DNA of 64,000 nucleotides from a virus, in IMG/VR virus record IMGVR_UViG_3300037628_000362, positions 1 to 64,000 of that record. One strand, written 5' to 3'. The notes beneath the pieces were generated by a model. It made no database searches and was not told where the DNA came from. It saw only the letters and a program-made list of their open reading frames with translations. The translations under genes were made by a program, and so were the position numbers. Shown here in pieces: positions 49,961 to 58,585 of this stretch (positions are counted from its first letter, which is position 1; each line of letters begins with the position of its first letter).

Positions 49961-50377
49961 ATGCAAAGATCGAGACTCAGAAGGACTTCCGCAAAAAGAC
50001 GAGACAGGGAGACGGAAGCGTGGGAGTGGCGCAGCAGGCTAGTGGCTCGTATCGGGAAATGCGAGGCGTGCGGACACAACCTAGTACATCCGTGGCGGGA
50101 CAAGCCGCGGCATCTAAGCCTCCTGTGCGTCCACGAGATCGCGTGCGGGCCGTTGCGTCAGAAAGCGATCGACAAGCCATACGCAACGCTAGTGACTTGT
50201 CATTGGTGCAATTGCGAGAGGATGACCGATCGAACTGAGTGGCCCGAGGCTCGGCAATTGGCCACGCTGAAGCGGTCCAGACCAGATGACTACGACTTGG
50301 TGGCGTACAACCGCCTAGTAAACCCAAACGCCCCTGAGCGGATAACCCAAGCGGAGGTAGATGAGCATGAAAATTGA
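49961..50377 (+). CDS. HNH-like zinc protein
   Basis: CEACG...HEI...CHWC. Confidence 0.55.
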   Translation: MQRSRLRRTSAKRRDRETEAWEWRSRLVARIGKCEACGHNLVHPWRDKPRHLSLLCVHEIACGPLRQKAIDKPYATLVTCHWCNCERMTDRTEWPEARQLATLKRSRPDDYDLVAYNRLVNPNAPERITQAEVDEHEN

Positions 50378-50627
50378 AACCGGCGTAATGGTAATGAAAG
50401 ACGGGAAGGCGTGGGGGATCGTCTACGAAGATGGCCAAAGTGCCTGCTCTGGATGGATTGATGTTGAATCAGCTCCGATTCACGATCCGAAATACTGCAA
50501 GAAGACAACCGACGTTACCTTTGAGCACAGTCACCACACGACGGAGTTGGAAACGGCAAAACTTGTTGAAGTAAAAAGGATAACGACCGTGGAAATTCTC
50601 GAACAGAACGATGAGGGAAGTAGCTAA
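50361..50627 (+). CDS. Hypothetical protein
   Basis: GGAGG RBS, 88 aa. Confidence 0.6.
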   Translation: MSMKIETGVMVMKDGKAWGIVYEDGQSACSGWIDVESAPIHDPKYCKKTTDVTFEHSHHTTELETAKLVEVKRITTVEILEQNDEGSS

Positions 50628-51229
50628 TGCCTAGCTTCACCCAATACATGACGCTCAATGAGATCCACACGGTCCTAGAAGACCTCCGCCTGCGGTCTAT
50701 CTGGAGCGTATCGTCGGCCGTCAACCGGATCATCGTGCGGCTCTCGCTCGGCGCTGGGCTCCGCTGCATGGAAATCGTTGGCCTCAATGTAGGTGATCTC
50801 GTTCTCGGTGGAAGTTGCCCGGTCATCAACGTACGTGGCGAGACAGCGAAGGGCGGCAAGCCGAGAAAGGTGCCCTTGTTCTGGGACCGGCAGACACTTG
50901 CCGACCTGGCTAACTGGCAACGGCACCGCACTGAGGTCATGGGTGCCACGCGTGGAGATCCATTCGTTTGCGGAGTCTGCCAGACAAATCGAGGTGGCCG
51001 GCTGATACGGTCGATGGCGGCAAAGCGATGGAAGACAGCGATTAAGTGTCTGGGGACCGATCGGGTGTCTCAACTGTCGATCCACTGCGGCCGGCACAGC
51101 TTTGCCTCGCACGCCGTTCGAGCTGGTCGTACACCGGCAGAGTTACGCGACGCCCTGGGCCACGCGAATATCACCACCACTGAAACCTACCTGCACTCGA
51201 TCCCGACTGAGTGTGGGGATTTATTCTGA
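50627..51229 (+). CDS. Minimal tyrosine recombinase (catalytic domain only)
   Basis: GLR..E, K, HCGRH, LGHANITTT..Y catalytic residues; 200 aa. Confidence 0.9.
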   Translation: MPSFTQYMTLNEIHTVLEDLRLRSIWSVSSAVNRIIVRLSLGAGLRCMEIVGLNVGDLVLGGSCPVINVRGETAKGGKPRKVPLFWDRQTLADLANWQRHRTEVMGATRGDPFVCGVCQTNRGGRLIRSMAAKRWKTAIKCLGTDRVSQLSIHCGRHSFASHAVRAGRTPAELRDALGHANITTTETYLHSIPTECGDLF

Positions 51230-51241
51230 AGGAGAATCGAT

Positions 51242-51709
51242 ATGAGCGAGAATGACCGGAGTTATTTTGCCACACCACTGGCCGACGTTCCGCCGGCAAT
51301 AAATAGCACGTCCTGGTACCCTCCTGTTCACATGGAATCCGGCGACACACAACAGCAGTTCTCGACCGGCGCCGTACGCGACCAGGTAGAAGACAAGCCT
51401 CGGCCTGATCTGATCTCGCCATTCGCAGAAGAGCGGCTAGGTGAGTGGTTGCGCCTCGGCGCAATTAAGTATTCCGAGCGTAATTGGGAAAAGGGGATTC
51501 CGAACGCTAGGTGCTTCGCGTCATTGAAGCGCCATGTAATGTGGTTCAATCAGGGGGACACGAAAGAAGATCACCTGGCAGCCATTATTTTCAACGCAAT
51601 GGCGATCATTCATAATCAAGAGATGATCGATCGTGGAGTCCTGCCGGCGGAACTAGACGACATGCCGAGGTATGTCACGGTCACAGAAGGTTGCGAGACG
51701 CTCAGGTGA
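51242..51709 (+). CDS. dATP/dGTP diphosphohydrolase-like (DUF5664)
   Basis: FSTGAVRD, KPRPDLI, GAIKYSERNWEKG, EDHLAA. Confidence 0.85.
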   Translation: MSENDRSYFATPLADVPPAINSTSWYPPVHMESGDTQQQFSTGAVRDQVEDKPRPDLISPFAEERLGEWLRLGAIKYSERNWEKGIPNARCFASLKRHVMWFNQGDTKEDHLAAIIFNAMAIIHNQEMIDRGVLPAELDDMPRYVTVTEGCETLR

Positions 51710-52003
51710 ATCTATAACCCACTGAGCTTTTGCCTTATATACAGTCGTCAAGCCATTTTCTCGCGAAATTGTGAAATAAGTTCCGTATTTACTCCAAGTC
51801 AGGCTACCCACTTCCTTACGGACTTCAGGCTCCGCGTCATTCGTGACCCAAATCGGTGGCCACGGCTCGGGCTCAGGTCGGCAGACGGGCTTCGTGATTG
51901 TAATGACGATGAAGTCTCCATGGTCGACGACTTCGTATTCATCTGCCCCAAAGACAGACTCGTCATCATCCTGATTGGTTATTGAAATACGGTACTTACT
52001 CAT
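51653..52003 (-). CDS. Hypothetical protein
   Basis: 116 aa, GGAG RBS, converges with the + strand operon. Confidence 0.55.
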   Translation of the reverse strand: MSKYRISITNQDDDESVFGADEYEVVDHGDFIVITITKPVCRPEPEPWPPIWVTNDAEPEVRKEVGSLTWSKYGTYFTISRENGLTTVYKAKAQWVIDSPERLATFCDRDIPRHVV

Positions 52004-52025
52004 TTGCGTGTCTCCAGAAAAAAAC

Positions 52026-52314
52026 GAATGGCGTCAGGGTGGTGGTTAGTCGGAATTCTCTTAGTCGGGCTTAGTGATTCGGGTATTCGGATTAGTCGGA
52101 TATGAGTGGTTCTGAATTCGGGTATTCGGAGTTCCCCGGCCGTTTAGTGTCCGCCCGGACGACTGGCTTTCGATACTGGATTTGAACCAGTAACATCAAG
52201 ATTGATATTCTTGCGCTCTACCACTGAGCTAATCGAAAAAAAACGCAACGGTGAAACCGGTTACACCTACGGCTTTGGGTGCCGTGCGAACCCTTCACCC
52301 TACGCACGCCATTC
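52026..52314 (-). ncRNA. End-paired structured RNA containing a tRNA and a short-repeat tract
   Basis: 52026-52041 pairs with 52296-52314; T7 tract follows on the - strand; internal CCGACTAA x3 and TCCGAATACCCGAAT x2. Confidence 0.65.
52164..52238 (-). tRNA. tRNA-like gene, anticodon ATC (nominal Asp), encoded CCA
   Basis: TTTCGAT-TA-GCTC-AGTGGTA-GAGC-G-CAAGA-ATATCAA-TCTTG-ATGTT-ACTGG-TTCAAAT-CCAGT-ATCGAAA-G-CCA; all four stems pair perfectly. Confidence 0.85.
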
Positions 52315-52330
52315 TGTATTCTCGGACTCC

Positions 52331-52672
52331 TTATGCTGTGGCCTCAATCTTAGCCTGGGCCTCAACCTTAGCCTGGGCCTCATAAAAATCTGTCGTCACG
52401 ATATCTCCAACGTCGATCACCGTTCTCCAGTTGGCCTGTTGGATCGCGGAGTCGACCATCCTCAGTCGCTTGGCGCAGTAGTCGTACTCGCGAGTCACTT
52501 GCGAGAGTGTCAGCTTCGGAACCTGGGCGACAACGTCATCGATCCCATCTTCAACACGCTGTCGCCTGGCCTTGACCTCGAACAGATCCCGGTCTTTGAT
52601 GCTACCGATCTGATCGACCTTTTTCTGAAGTTCCTTGCGTATTAGCAAAGCTTCAGCCAATTTGACATTCAT
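52331..52672 (-). CDS. DIP1984-like helical protein
   Basis: KLAEALL.RK.L N-terminus and D.AIQQANW.T C-terminus. Confidence 0.75.
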   Translation of the reverse strand: MNVKLAEALLIRKELQKKVDQIGSIKDRDLFEVKARRQRVEDGIDDVVAQVPKLTLSQVTREYDYCAKRLRMVDSAIQQANWRTVIDVGDIVTTDFYEAQAKVEAQAKIEATA

Positions 52673-52749
52673 CGGGATACTCCTCTATTGGCAGGGTAAT
52701 GCGCCGGTAGTATCACCCCTGAGTGGTTATTATGGCGTTCCGGCGCCGC

Positions 52750-52989
52750 CTATGCGGCCTTACGTGGCCGACGTGATTTGAGACGATCGAGGGGAGCAAA
52801 AGCGCCCTCTATGATCTTGGCCTTGAGTGGCTTACATCCGTACTGAGCCATGTACACCAGCACGGATGCTAGGCTTTTTGGATTGACATGGCCGCGGTGT
52901 CGATGCTGCTGGACCGTGTTGACTGTTTGCCCTGTCAAGCGGGCAATTTCACGGTAGTTGTAACCGAATTCGCTGGCATCCCGCGACAT
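52750..52989 (-). CDS. Small HTH-like DNA-binding protein
   Basis: YREIARLTGQTVNTVQQH. Confidence 0.6.
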   Translation of the reverse strand: MSRDASEFGYNYREIARLTGQTVNTVQQHRHRGHVNPKSLASVLVYMAQYGCKPLKAKIIEGAFAPLDRLKSRRPRKAA

Positions 52990-53047
52990 GTTATCTCCTC
53001 GAAAGAGTTGTGATATTACTATCATCGCCAGTATGACACCGTGTAGT

Positions 53048-53311
53048 TCACTTTTTTTGTTCGCCTTCGACCGGTAATTGGGGCACAGCGGTGTCGGGTT
53101 TCGGCCCGGAAACCGCTGCTATGACATTACCACCCCGATCGACCCACATATCGCTCTCCTGGCCGGCTCCAGGAATGTAGTTGACGTATTCGCCTCGTCT
53201 CCGCCTGATAGTCACTTCCCCAGGGATCATCCTGGCGCCCTTTGCGAGATCGACAGCGTCTTCACTGTCACCTCCGAGCGCTATTGCCATTATCGCGAGA
53301 GGGTCAAGCAT
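53048..53311 (-). CDS. Hypothetical protein
   Basis: 87 aa. Confidence 0.5.
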   Translation of the reverse strand: MLDPLAIMAIALGGDSEDAVDLAKGARMIPGEVTIRRRRGEYVNYIPGAGQESDMWVDRGGNVIAAVSGPKPDTAVPQLPVEGEQKK

Positions 53312-53397
53312 GCTTCTTTCCTTCCGTAAGTGTAAGTAAGTAGAACCAGGACAGCGCTGGCAGGCGTGACTCCCGCCAGCGCTGGGTCCGATCCTAC

Positions 53398-54021
53398 TTA
53401 CTCTCCAACCGGAGGTAAAGGACGAACACTTTTGCCGACCGCCTCACCAACAGGAGGCAATCTGGTGACAGAGAGGTCGGCAGAGTCAATCGGAACAAGG
53501 TACGCAGCAGTAGTCGGCTTCGGAATCCGACGCGGGCCGTCCAGCCGCTTTAGGATGGCGTCGAGGGTCTTTTCCAGGTCTCGCAGTTTGCGTTCCTCGG
53601 GCGTCTCATTAGCGGCAGGGGAGCCACATTTCTTCTGCTCCGGCGCCCGCTTGGCCGTCTCGGCATAGGCGTGAGTCGATGCGGACAGATGAATCCGCGG
53701 CGTTGTCTCAAATGGCGTAAGTCCAGGGAGCTTGAGTGACGGCAGCCCAAATCGAATCTCGGGAATCACCACCTCGGCCCCGGCGATTCCCCAGCCCCTA
53801 GTCGGCCCTTCGATCTCACCGTAACGGGCTGCCGGGATGTCGAAAGTTTTGGCCTCACGCTTTTTTGGCTCGGCCTTTTTCTTGCTCTTGACGGCGCATC
53901 CACAAGTAGCTGCCGGACGATCGCAAGACTGCTTGTGCTTCAGCCAAGCGAACCACTCGGCCCCGGCGCGCCCGGTCAATAGCAGGACCGCCGCGGCAGT
54001 GAAAAGGATCGTTCGTTTCAT
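53398..54021 (-). CDS. Secreted hypothetical protein
   Basis: Signal peptide MKRTILFTAAAVLLL..AGA, GGAGG RBS. Confidence 0.65.
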   Translation of the reverse strand: MKRTILFTAAAVLLLTGRAGAEWFAWLKHKQSCDRPAATCGCAVKSKKKAEPKKREAKTFDIPAARYGEIEGPTRGWGIAGAEVVIPEIRFGLPSLKLPGLTPFETTPRIHLSASTHAYAETAKRAPEQKKCGSPAANETPEERKLRDLEKTLDAILKRLDGPRRIPKPTTAAYLVPIDSADLSVTRLPPVGEAVGKSVRPLPPVGE

Positions 54022-54070
54022 CTTTCTGGCCTCCGTTTGAGATGTGTGAGTAAGACAACCCCAGGCCGAG

Positions 54071-54355
54071 CTACCGGCCCGTGGCAGTGCTACTCGCTTG
54101 CATTTCATCCAGTACGGCCTGAATTGTACCACCAGTCCATTGACTGTCGTGGTCGTCAGCGAACCAGCCGATCCATTGCGAACCTGACCGCTCAATGTAC
54201 GCTAGCCGTCCACCGAGATTGTATTCCCGGCCATTAGGGCGGGCCCTGCCGTAGAAACGACTCCGCTTTGGCCGACCGTAAGACGTGTGTTTGGTACGCC
54301 GCTTAGCTGGCCGGGAATTCGCTTCCTGGTCTGCTCGGATTTGCTTGGTCTCCAT
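54071..54355 (-). CDS. Hypothetical protein
   Basis: GGAGG RBS, 94 aa. Confidence 0.55.
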   Translation of the reverse strand: METKQIRADQEANSRPAKRRTKHTSYGRPKRSRFYGRARPNGREYNLGGRLAYIERSGSQWIGWFADDHDSQWTGGTIQAVLDEMQASSTATGR

Positions 54356-55207
54356 GGTTTCCTCCTACGCATCGAGCATGATATGAACGAACCCGTCATG
54401 CTCGGCACAGGGGTTTCGTTCTGGTTTGCCTGCTAGTGCCTCCGAACCTTCCCGTCGGATCTGCCACCCGTTTTCGGTTCCACAGGGGTTTCGGAGTTCG
54501 GAAAATGTAACGACATCTTCGTCGCTCCAGTGTACAGGAACGCAGACTTGACAGTCCAAGGCTCCACTGTGTGTTACGGCTGGGAGGTTCATGTTACTTC
54601 TTATCGGCGATCGGGCCGAGTGACAACATGTCATATTGGCTTATTCGGCGGTTCTGTGCCTGATTTGAGTTTTTCTGCGACCACCTCTTTCAACCTGGCG
54701 ATCTTTGCTCGGACATTCTTAATATCTGCGTTGGAAAGTTCACCGTATGTAGGCTCGACGCCGAGATCCCGCGCAATCGTAGGTCCTGCACAAATGTTCG
54801 TTACACAGGCTCTTATTGTTTTCGCGATCAACCAAATTGCGCCCAGTATGACGATATTTCTAATGCAGTCTGTCGCGAAATCCTTAGCCAGATACCAGAT
54901 GGCGAAGGTGAAAGCCCCGTCCCCTAGCTTATCGAGACTTTCCAGAATCAGCTTCAGTTCGTCAAACATCGTTTTCTCCTTGTTTTGATCGAAATTTACA
55001 CGTGTCAATTTCTGCCAATCCGCCGGATTTCAGTGATATCACTCAGCGTCCCCAGGAGCCCGTATTTGGCGTTTCGTGCTCTCAGGGGTCAAATGACACC
55101 GATAATAGGCCCAGATTGCCAGGAACCGGCCGGCTTGCGACCTGCGAGTTGTGTTAGCGAGGTTTACGGCGTCGGAGCGGCATCGTGTCGTCCGCTAGGT
55201 TAGCGCG

Positions 55208-55774
55208 TTATTCTAGACCATTGACGCCGAATTTCCTTCCTGCCAAGGCTAGAATCTCGTCGCTAAATGCGTCCTGTTCATTCGGGCTGGATAAGTTATT
55301 CACCCAGGACACGGCGCAATCCACCGAGGTTTTGATTTTTTCTCTATCGACACGCTCTCTCATCTCGTCCCCCATTGCTGAGATCAGGGCGAGAGCTAGG
55401 TGATAGGCCCTTTGTGATACTGGGCTTAGATTTTTGGAGTCGCGGCCTTTGCCTTGCTCTGGATTATTCCAGTACATATATCTCACTTCCTTTCTAATAA
55501 TCACGATTCCGAGGAGGTGACATAATTGCCACTCCATGTCATGTCGCTCGAAAAACTCGCCCAACGTGTCGCTGCCGCAACATTCACGGACAAATCCGTA
55601 CTTTGGCGGATCCCTGGCGTCATCTGGTAGGTTTCTGGCCCGCCTTAAGGAATCCGCAGCAGCCTTTTTCATCTTCGCAAAGAGATCCTTCACCCAGTCG
55701 TCGCCGCGTGGCGTGGATTCAAAACAAATCCATGTCGGCTTCGGTCGTCGAAAGTAGCCTGTTATCCAGTTCAT
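55208..55774 (-). CDS. Hypothetical protein
   Basis: 188 aa, coupled to upstream gene. Confidence 0.55.
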   Translation of the reverse strand: MNWITGYFRRPKPTWICFESTPRGDDWVKDLFAKMKKAAADSLRRARNLPDDARDPPKYGFVRECCGSDTLGEFFERHDMEWQLCHLLGIVIIRKEVRYMYWNNPEQGKGRDSKNLSPVSQRAYHLALALISAMGDEMRERVDREKIKTSVDCAVSWVNNLSSPNEQDAFSDEILALAGRKFGVNGLE

Positions 55775-56049
55775 TTTGGCGGCCTTTTAATCGATATCCC
55801 GTTGATTATTGAGATGGTGCCCAGCATGACGAACACCCAAGCGGTCCAGTCAGGTGGGCTGATCCAGCGCCGGCCGCCAGTCTCGCCGAAGAGACCGCCC
55901 TGTGTGGGTGCCGGAGGGATCAGGCCGACCTTAGCTACGATCCGCTCGGCGTTCTCGTGCAGCGTGAACGCATCGACAGCGTGTAGCTGAATACCAAGGA
56001 TCAGGGCCAGGATTCCGAAGATCAGGAAGTGATTGCGCGAGATATCCAT
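55771..56049 (-). CDS. Two-TM membrane protein, Planctomycete-type
   Basis: MD..RN.F...G...L.LG.Q....PP.W..W pattern. Confidence 0.65.
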   Translation of the reverse strand: MDISRNHFLIFGILALILGIQLHAVDAFTLHENAERIVAKVGLIPPAPTQGGLFGETGGRRWISPPDWTAWVFVMLGTISIINGISIKRPPK

Positions 56050-56154
56050 ATTCTACCTCAGTGCCAATCGAAAAGAGCCGCGGCCGGCCAGGAAGTGGAG
56101 CTACCGACCGACCGCGGCTCAGCGTCTAACTACCATTGCTATTCATCGGCGATA

Positions 56155-56944
56155 TGACGCGGTGACATCATTGAAAATGCCTACGCAGCGGCGCGCCTGG
56201 CCCGCAAGGCACTTTGCGAATTTTTCCCCAATATCCATATCGGACTAGCCGCCTCAATCTCGATCTGAAGACTCTCGGGCAGTTGCGCATTCGCCGTGGC
56301 CCACTGCGAGATAACTGACAGTAGTACATCGTCTGGAACCTCAGAAAGAGTTCTGCAGAGCAGGGACCGGGAATCTTTGAGTTCTTTATTTTCCAGCCGC
56401 AGATCGTCGAGCTCGCCGACGGTATTTTCTGTTACCAGTAAAAGACGAGCTGACGACACGGCCAGGTCTTTCTCTTTTTGCTTCCGACTCTCCAGGGCCA
56501 GGTTAATTTTTTCCTTCCTCGCTGCAATCCGCTCCATCGCCGCTAATATCGCCTGTTCAACCTCGCCTTGCGTAGGCTGCTCAGAGTCCACGATAAATGG
56601 TTCGTTTCCCTGACAGCCGCTGGCATTGAGCACGCCGTCGGATGTGAAGTTGAATCCGCCGAGAGGGCCGTAATGTCCGTCGCCATGCTGCAACAGCGCC
56701 CGGCGGATCGGCTCCGACAATCTGGTCACTTCCACTGCCAGATCCACCCTTCTGGGGATATTATTCCCAGTCCTTAATCGTTCGTCATGCACCCATTTGT
56801 CTGATCGGCAAACCTTGACAGTGATTTCCATCATAACCTCCGTGTAAAGTAGGTGTCCGGGCCAACATAGTGTTGGCCCTGTGTATCCCAGATCGGCATT
56901 CTCAAACGTGACGCGGTGACATCATTGAAAATGCCTACGCAGCG
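56155..56944. repeat. 36-bp direct repeat at the 3' ends of two paralogues
   Basis: TGACGCGGTGACATCATTGAAAATGCCTACGCAGCG at 56155-56190 and 56909-56944. Confidence 0.9.
56181..56834 (-). CDS. Hypothetical protein, paralogue A
   Basis: MEIT...R.D.W...E.LRT; end-to-end similarity to 56935-57570. Confidence 0.75.
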   Translation of the reverse strand: MMEITVKVCRSDKWVHDERLRTGNNIPRRVDLAVEVTRLSEPIRRALLQHGDGHYGPLGGFNFTSDGVLNASGCQGNEPFIVDSEQPTQGEVEQAILAAMERIAARKEKINLALESRKQKEKDLAVSSARLLLVTENTVGELDDLRLENKELKDSRSLLCRTLSEVPDDVLLSVISQWATANAQLPESLQIEIEAASPIWILGKNSQSALRARRAAA

Positions 56945-57570
56945 TTCCTGATCTCCACGGTGCCGAAGACCCATTTTTTCGGCGACGCATCCTCAATGAT
57001 TTGCATAACTTCTTGCTTCGACTTCCCACTGGGATTCGGCACCTTAGAAACCGCGTCCAACTTAACCTCTTTCGGGACGCCGGAAAGGAACTCAGAAAGG
57101 ATGTTTCGCTGCTTTTCGATCTCAGCAGCGGCTTCTTCGGCATGGCCTCTGTGCTTTCGTAGAGCATCAAGCTCCTCGGCCAATAAAACGCGAGCCGTGG
57201 CCAGGTCTTCGGCAATCTTCGCCTCGGCGACCTTTGCGCCGAATGCCTTTTCTTTCCTCAGCTCGATTCGCCTGTAGGCGTCGAAGATTGCCCGATCAAC
57301 CTGGCCAGTAGTAGCCTCAATGGCGTCCAGGATGAAATGCTCGATTCCCTGGCCAGCGGTAATGGCGATCCGGTAGTCCTTGTCGTAGTTAAGGCAACCG
57401 ATACTGCGATACTGACCGCCGGATGCTGACAGGAGAATCTGTCGCGAAGGTTCGGTAAGATTCGAGACCTTAACGACCTTTAGATAATCCTTGTTCGTAT
57501 TTTCGCTAGTCCTTAAATTTTCCCTCTCAATCCAATCGTCGGTCCGTTGCAGCGTAATCGTGATTTCCAT
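56935..57570 (-). CDS. Hypothetical protein, paralogue B
   Basis: GGAGG RBS; similar to 56181-56834. Confidence 0.75.
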   Translation of the reverse strand: MEITITLQRTDDWIERENLRTSENTNKDYLKVVKVSNLTEPSRQILLSASGGQYRSIGCLNYDKDYRIAITAGQGIEHFILDAIEATTGQVDRAIFDAYRRIELRKEKAFGAKVAEAKIAEDLATARVLLAEELDALRKHRGHAEEAAAEIEKQRNILSEFLSGVPKEVKLDAVSKVPNPSGKSKQEVMQIIEDASPKKWVFGTVEIRNAA

Positions 57571-57738
57571 ATCAATCCTCCAAGAGAGTAGGAATCGAGG
57601 CCGGCGACATGCTAGCCCCTCGATGATAGTATCGGTATCTGCCATGGTGTCACATTACAAAGAGTGCGCATAAAGAACCCCCGGCCAAGCGGTGGAGCAG
57701 GCCGAGGGTTGAAAGGAAGTGACAGTATTTGTTATCGG

Positions 57739-58338
57739 TCAGGTGCCGTCCGGGACTTCAGTCGTTTTGTGATCGGGCTCATCCTCGCCGTTACTGCGGC
57801 TGGTGAATCCGGCGAGATCGGCGGCATTACTAAGATCCTCTGCACAACGATCGCATACGAAAAGCCCTTCGTCATCAGTCACAATCGCGTTCGTCTGGCC
57901 GAGATGGCACCCACATTCGTAACAGTCGACCGGTTCAAATGGTCGGTCGTATATGACTGGCTCATCCGTCTCGATATCAGCGGGGCAGGGCTTTACTGGC
58001 TCGAGGGCCTTCCGCGCTGCTTCCTCAGTCCGGCGGCGCCTAGTCTCTCGATTCCGCCCTGCTTCATACCCTTCGCCCCAGAATGAAAGCGAGAATAAAA
58101 ACGTCGCCCATGTCCATCCCTGGTCGCGCGGCAGAAGTGCCACGACATCTTCCCGGTCCCTGCTCTGCCCCCGTTCTTTCCAGCCGCCATCCCCGTCGTC
58201 TTCGTCGATGTAGATTCCATGCGGGCCGAGGTGGATCTGGTGACGTGTTTCGCCAGATGACGAATCACGGCAGACGAATATCGCATGGGCATAAATCAAG
58301 GAATTACTGGCGTCGATAAACGTTACTCCGGCGAACAT
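57739..58338 (-). CDS. Hypothetical protein with C-terminal CxxC pair
   Basis: AAGGAGG RBS; CYEC...CDRC. Confidence 0.65.
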   Translation of the reverse strand: MFAGVTFIDASNSLIYAHAIFVCRDSSSGETRHQIHLGPHGIYIDEDDGDGGWKERGQSRDREDVVALLPRDQGWTWATFLFSLSFWGEGYEAGRNRETRRRRTEEAARKALEPVKPCPADIETDEPVIYDRPFEPVDCYECGCHLGQTNAIVTDDEGLFVCDRCAEDLSNAADLAGFTSRSNGEDEPDHKTTEVPDGT

Positions 58339-58363
58339 CGCTTTCCCTCCTTTTAGTGGTGAT

Positions 58364-58576
58364 TCAAATATCGTCCACTAGCCCAAGCCGCTCTGTGACG
58401 ACGCGCACCGTATCTACGATCGACACGTCTGGTTTGTCATCTCCAGAGTGGTTATAAACCCATCGGGACGCGATGTGGCACGCTTCAACCACTAAGCACA
58501 TATTGATAGTGGACCGGGCGGCCGCACCGACTAATGCGATGGCTAAGTCGGCAACCTTTTCTTCTGGTGTTTTCAT
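58364..58576 (-). CDS. Small hypothetical protein
   Basis: 70 aa in - strand operon. Confidence 0.5.
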   Translation of the reverse strand: MKTPEEKVADLAIALVGAAARSTINMCLVVEACHIASRWVYNHSGDDKPDVSIVDTVRVVTERLGLVDDI

Positions 58577-58585
58577 GGCATTTTC

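Noticed and set aside
51242-51709. 2-aminoadenine (Z-DNA) pathway suggested by the dATP/dGTP diphosphohydrolase
   Set aside because: No PurZ-like, DatZ-like or DNA polymerase gene is seen in the window, and this domain is common on its own.
52340-52382. 18-bp tandem repeat
   Set aside because: It encodes EAQAKV/EAQAKI at the DIP1984-like C-terminus, a simple in-frame duplication.
52202-52645. 147-aa + strand ORF and other long antisense ORFs (e.g. 8273-9001, 9444-10172, 40879-41592)
   Set aside because: They are shadows of well-supported genes on the opposite strand in GC-rich DNA.
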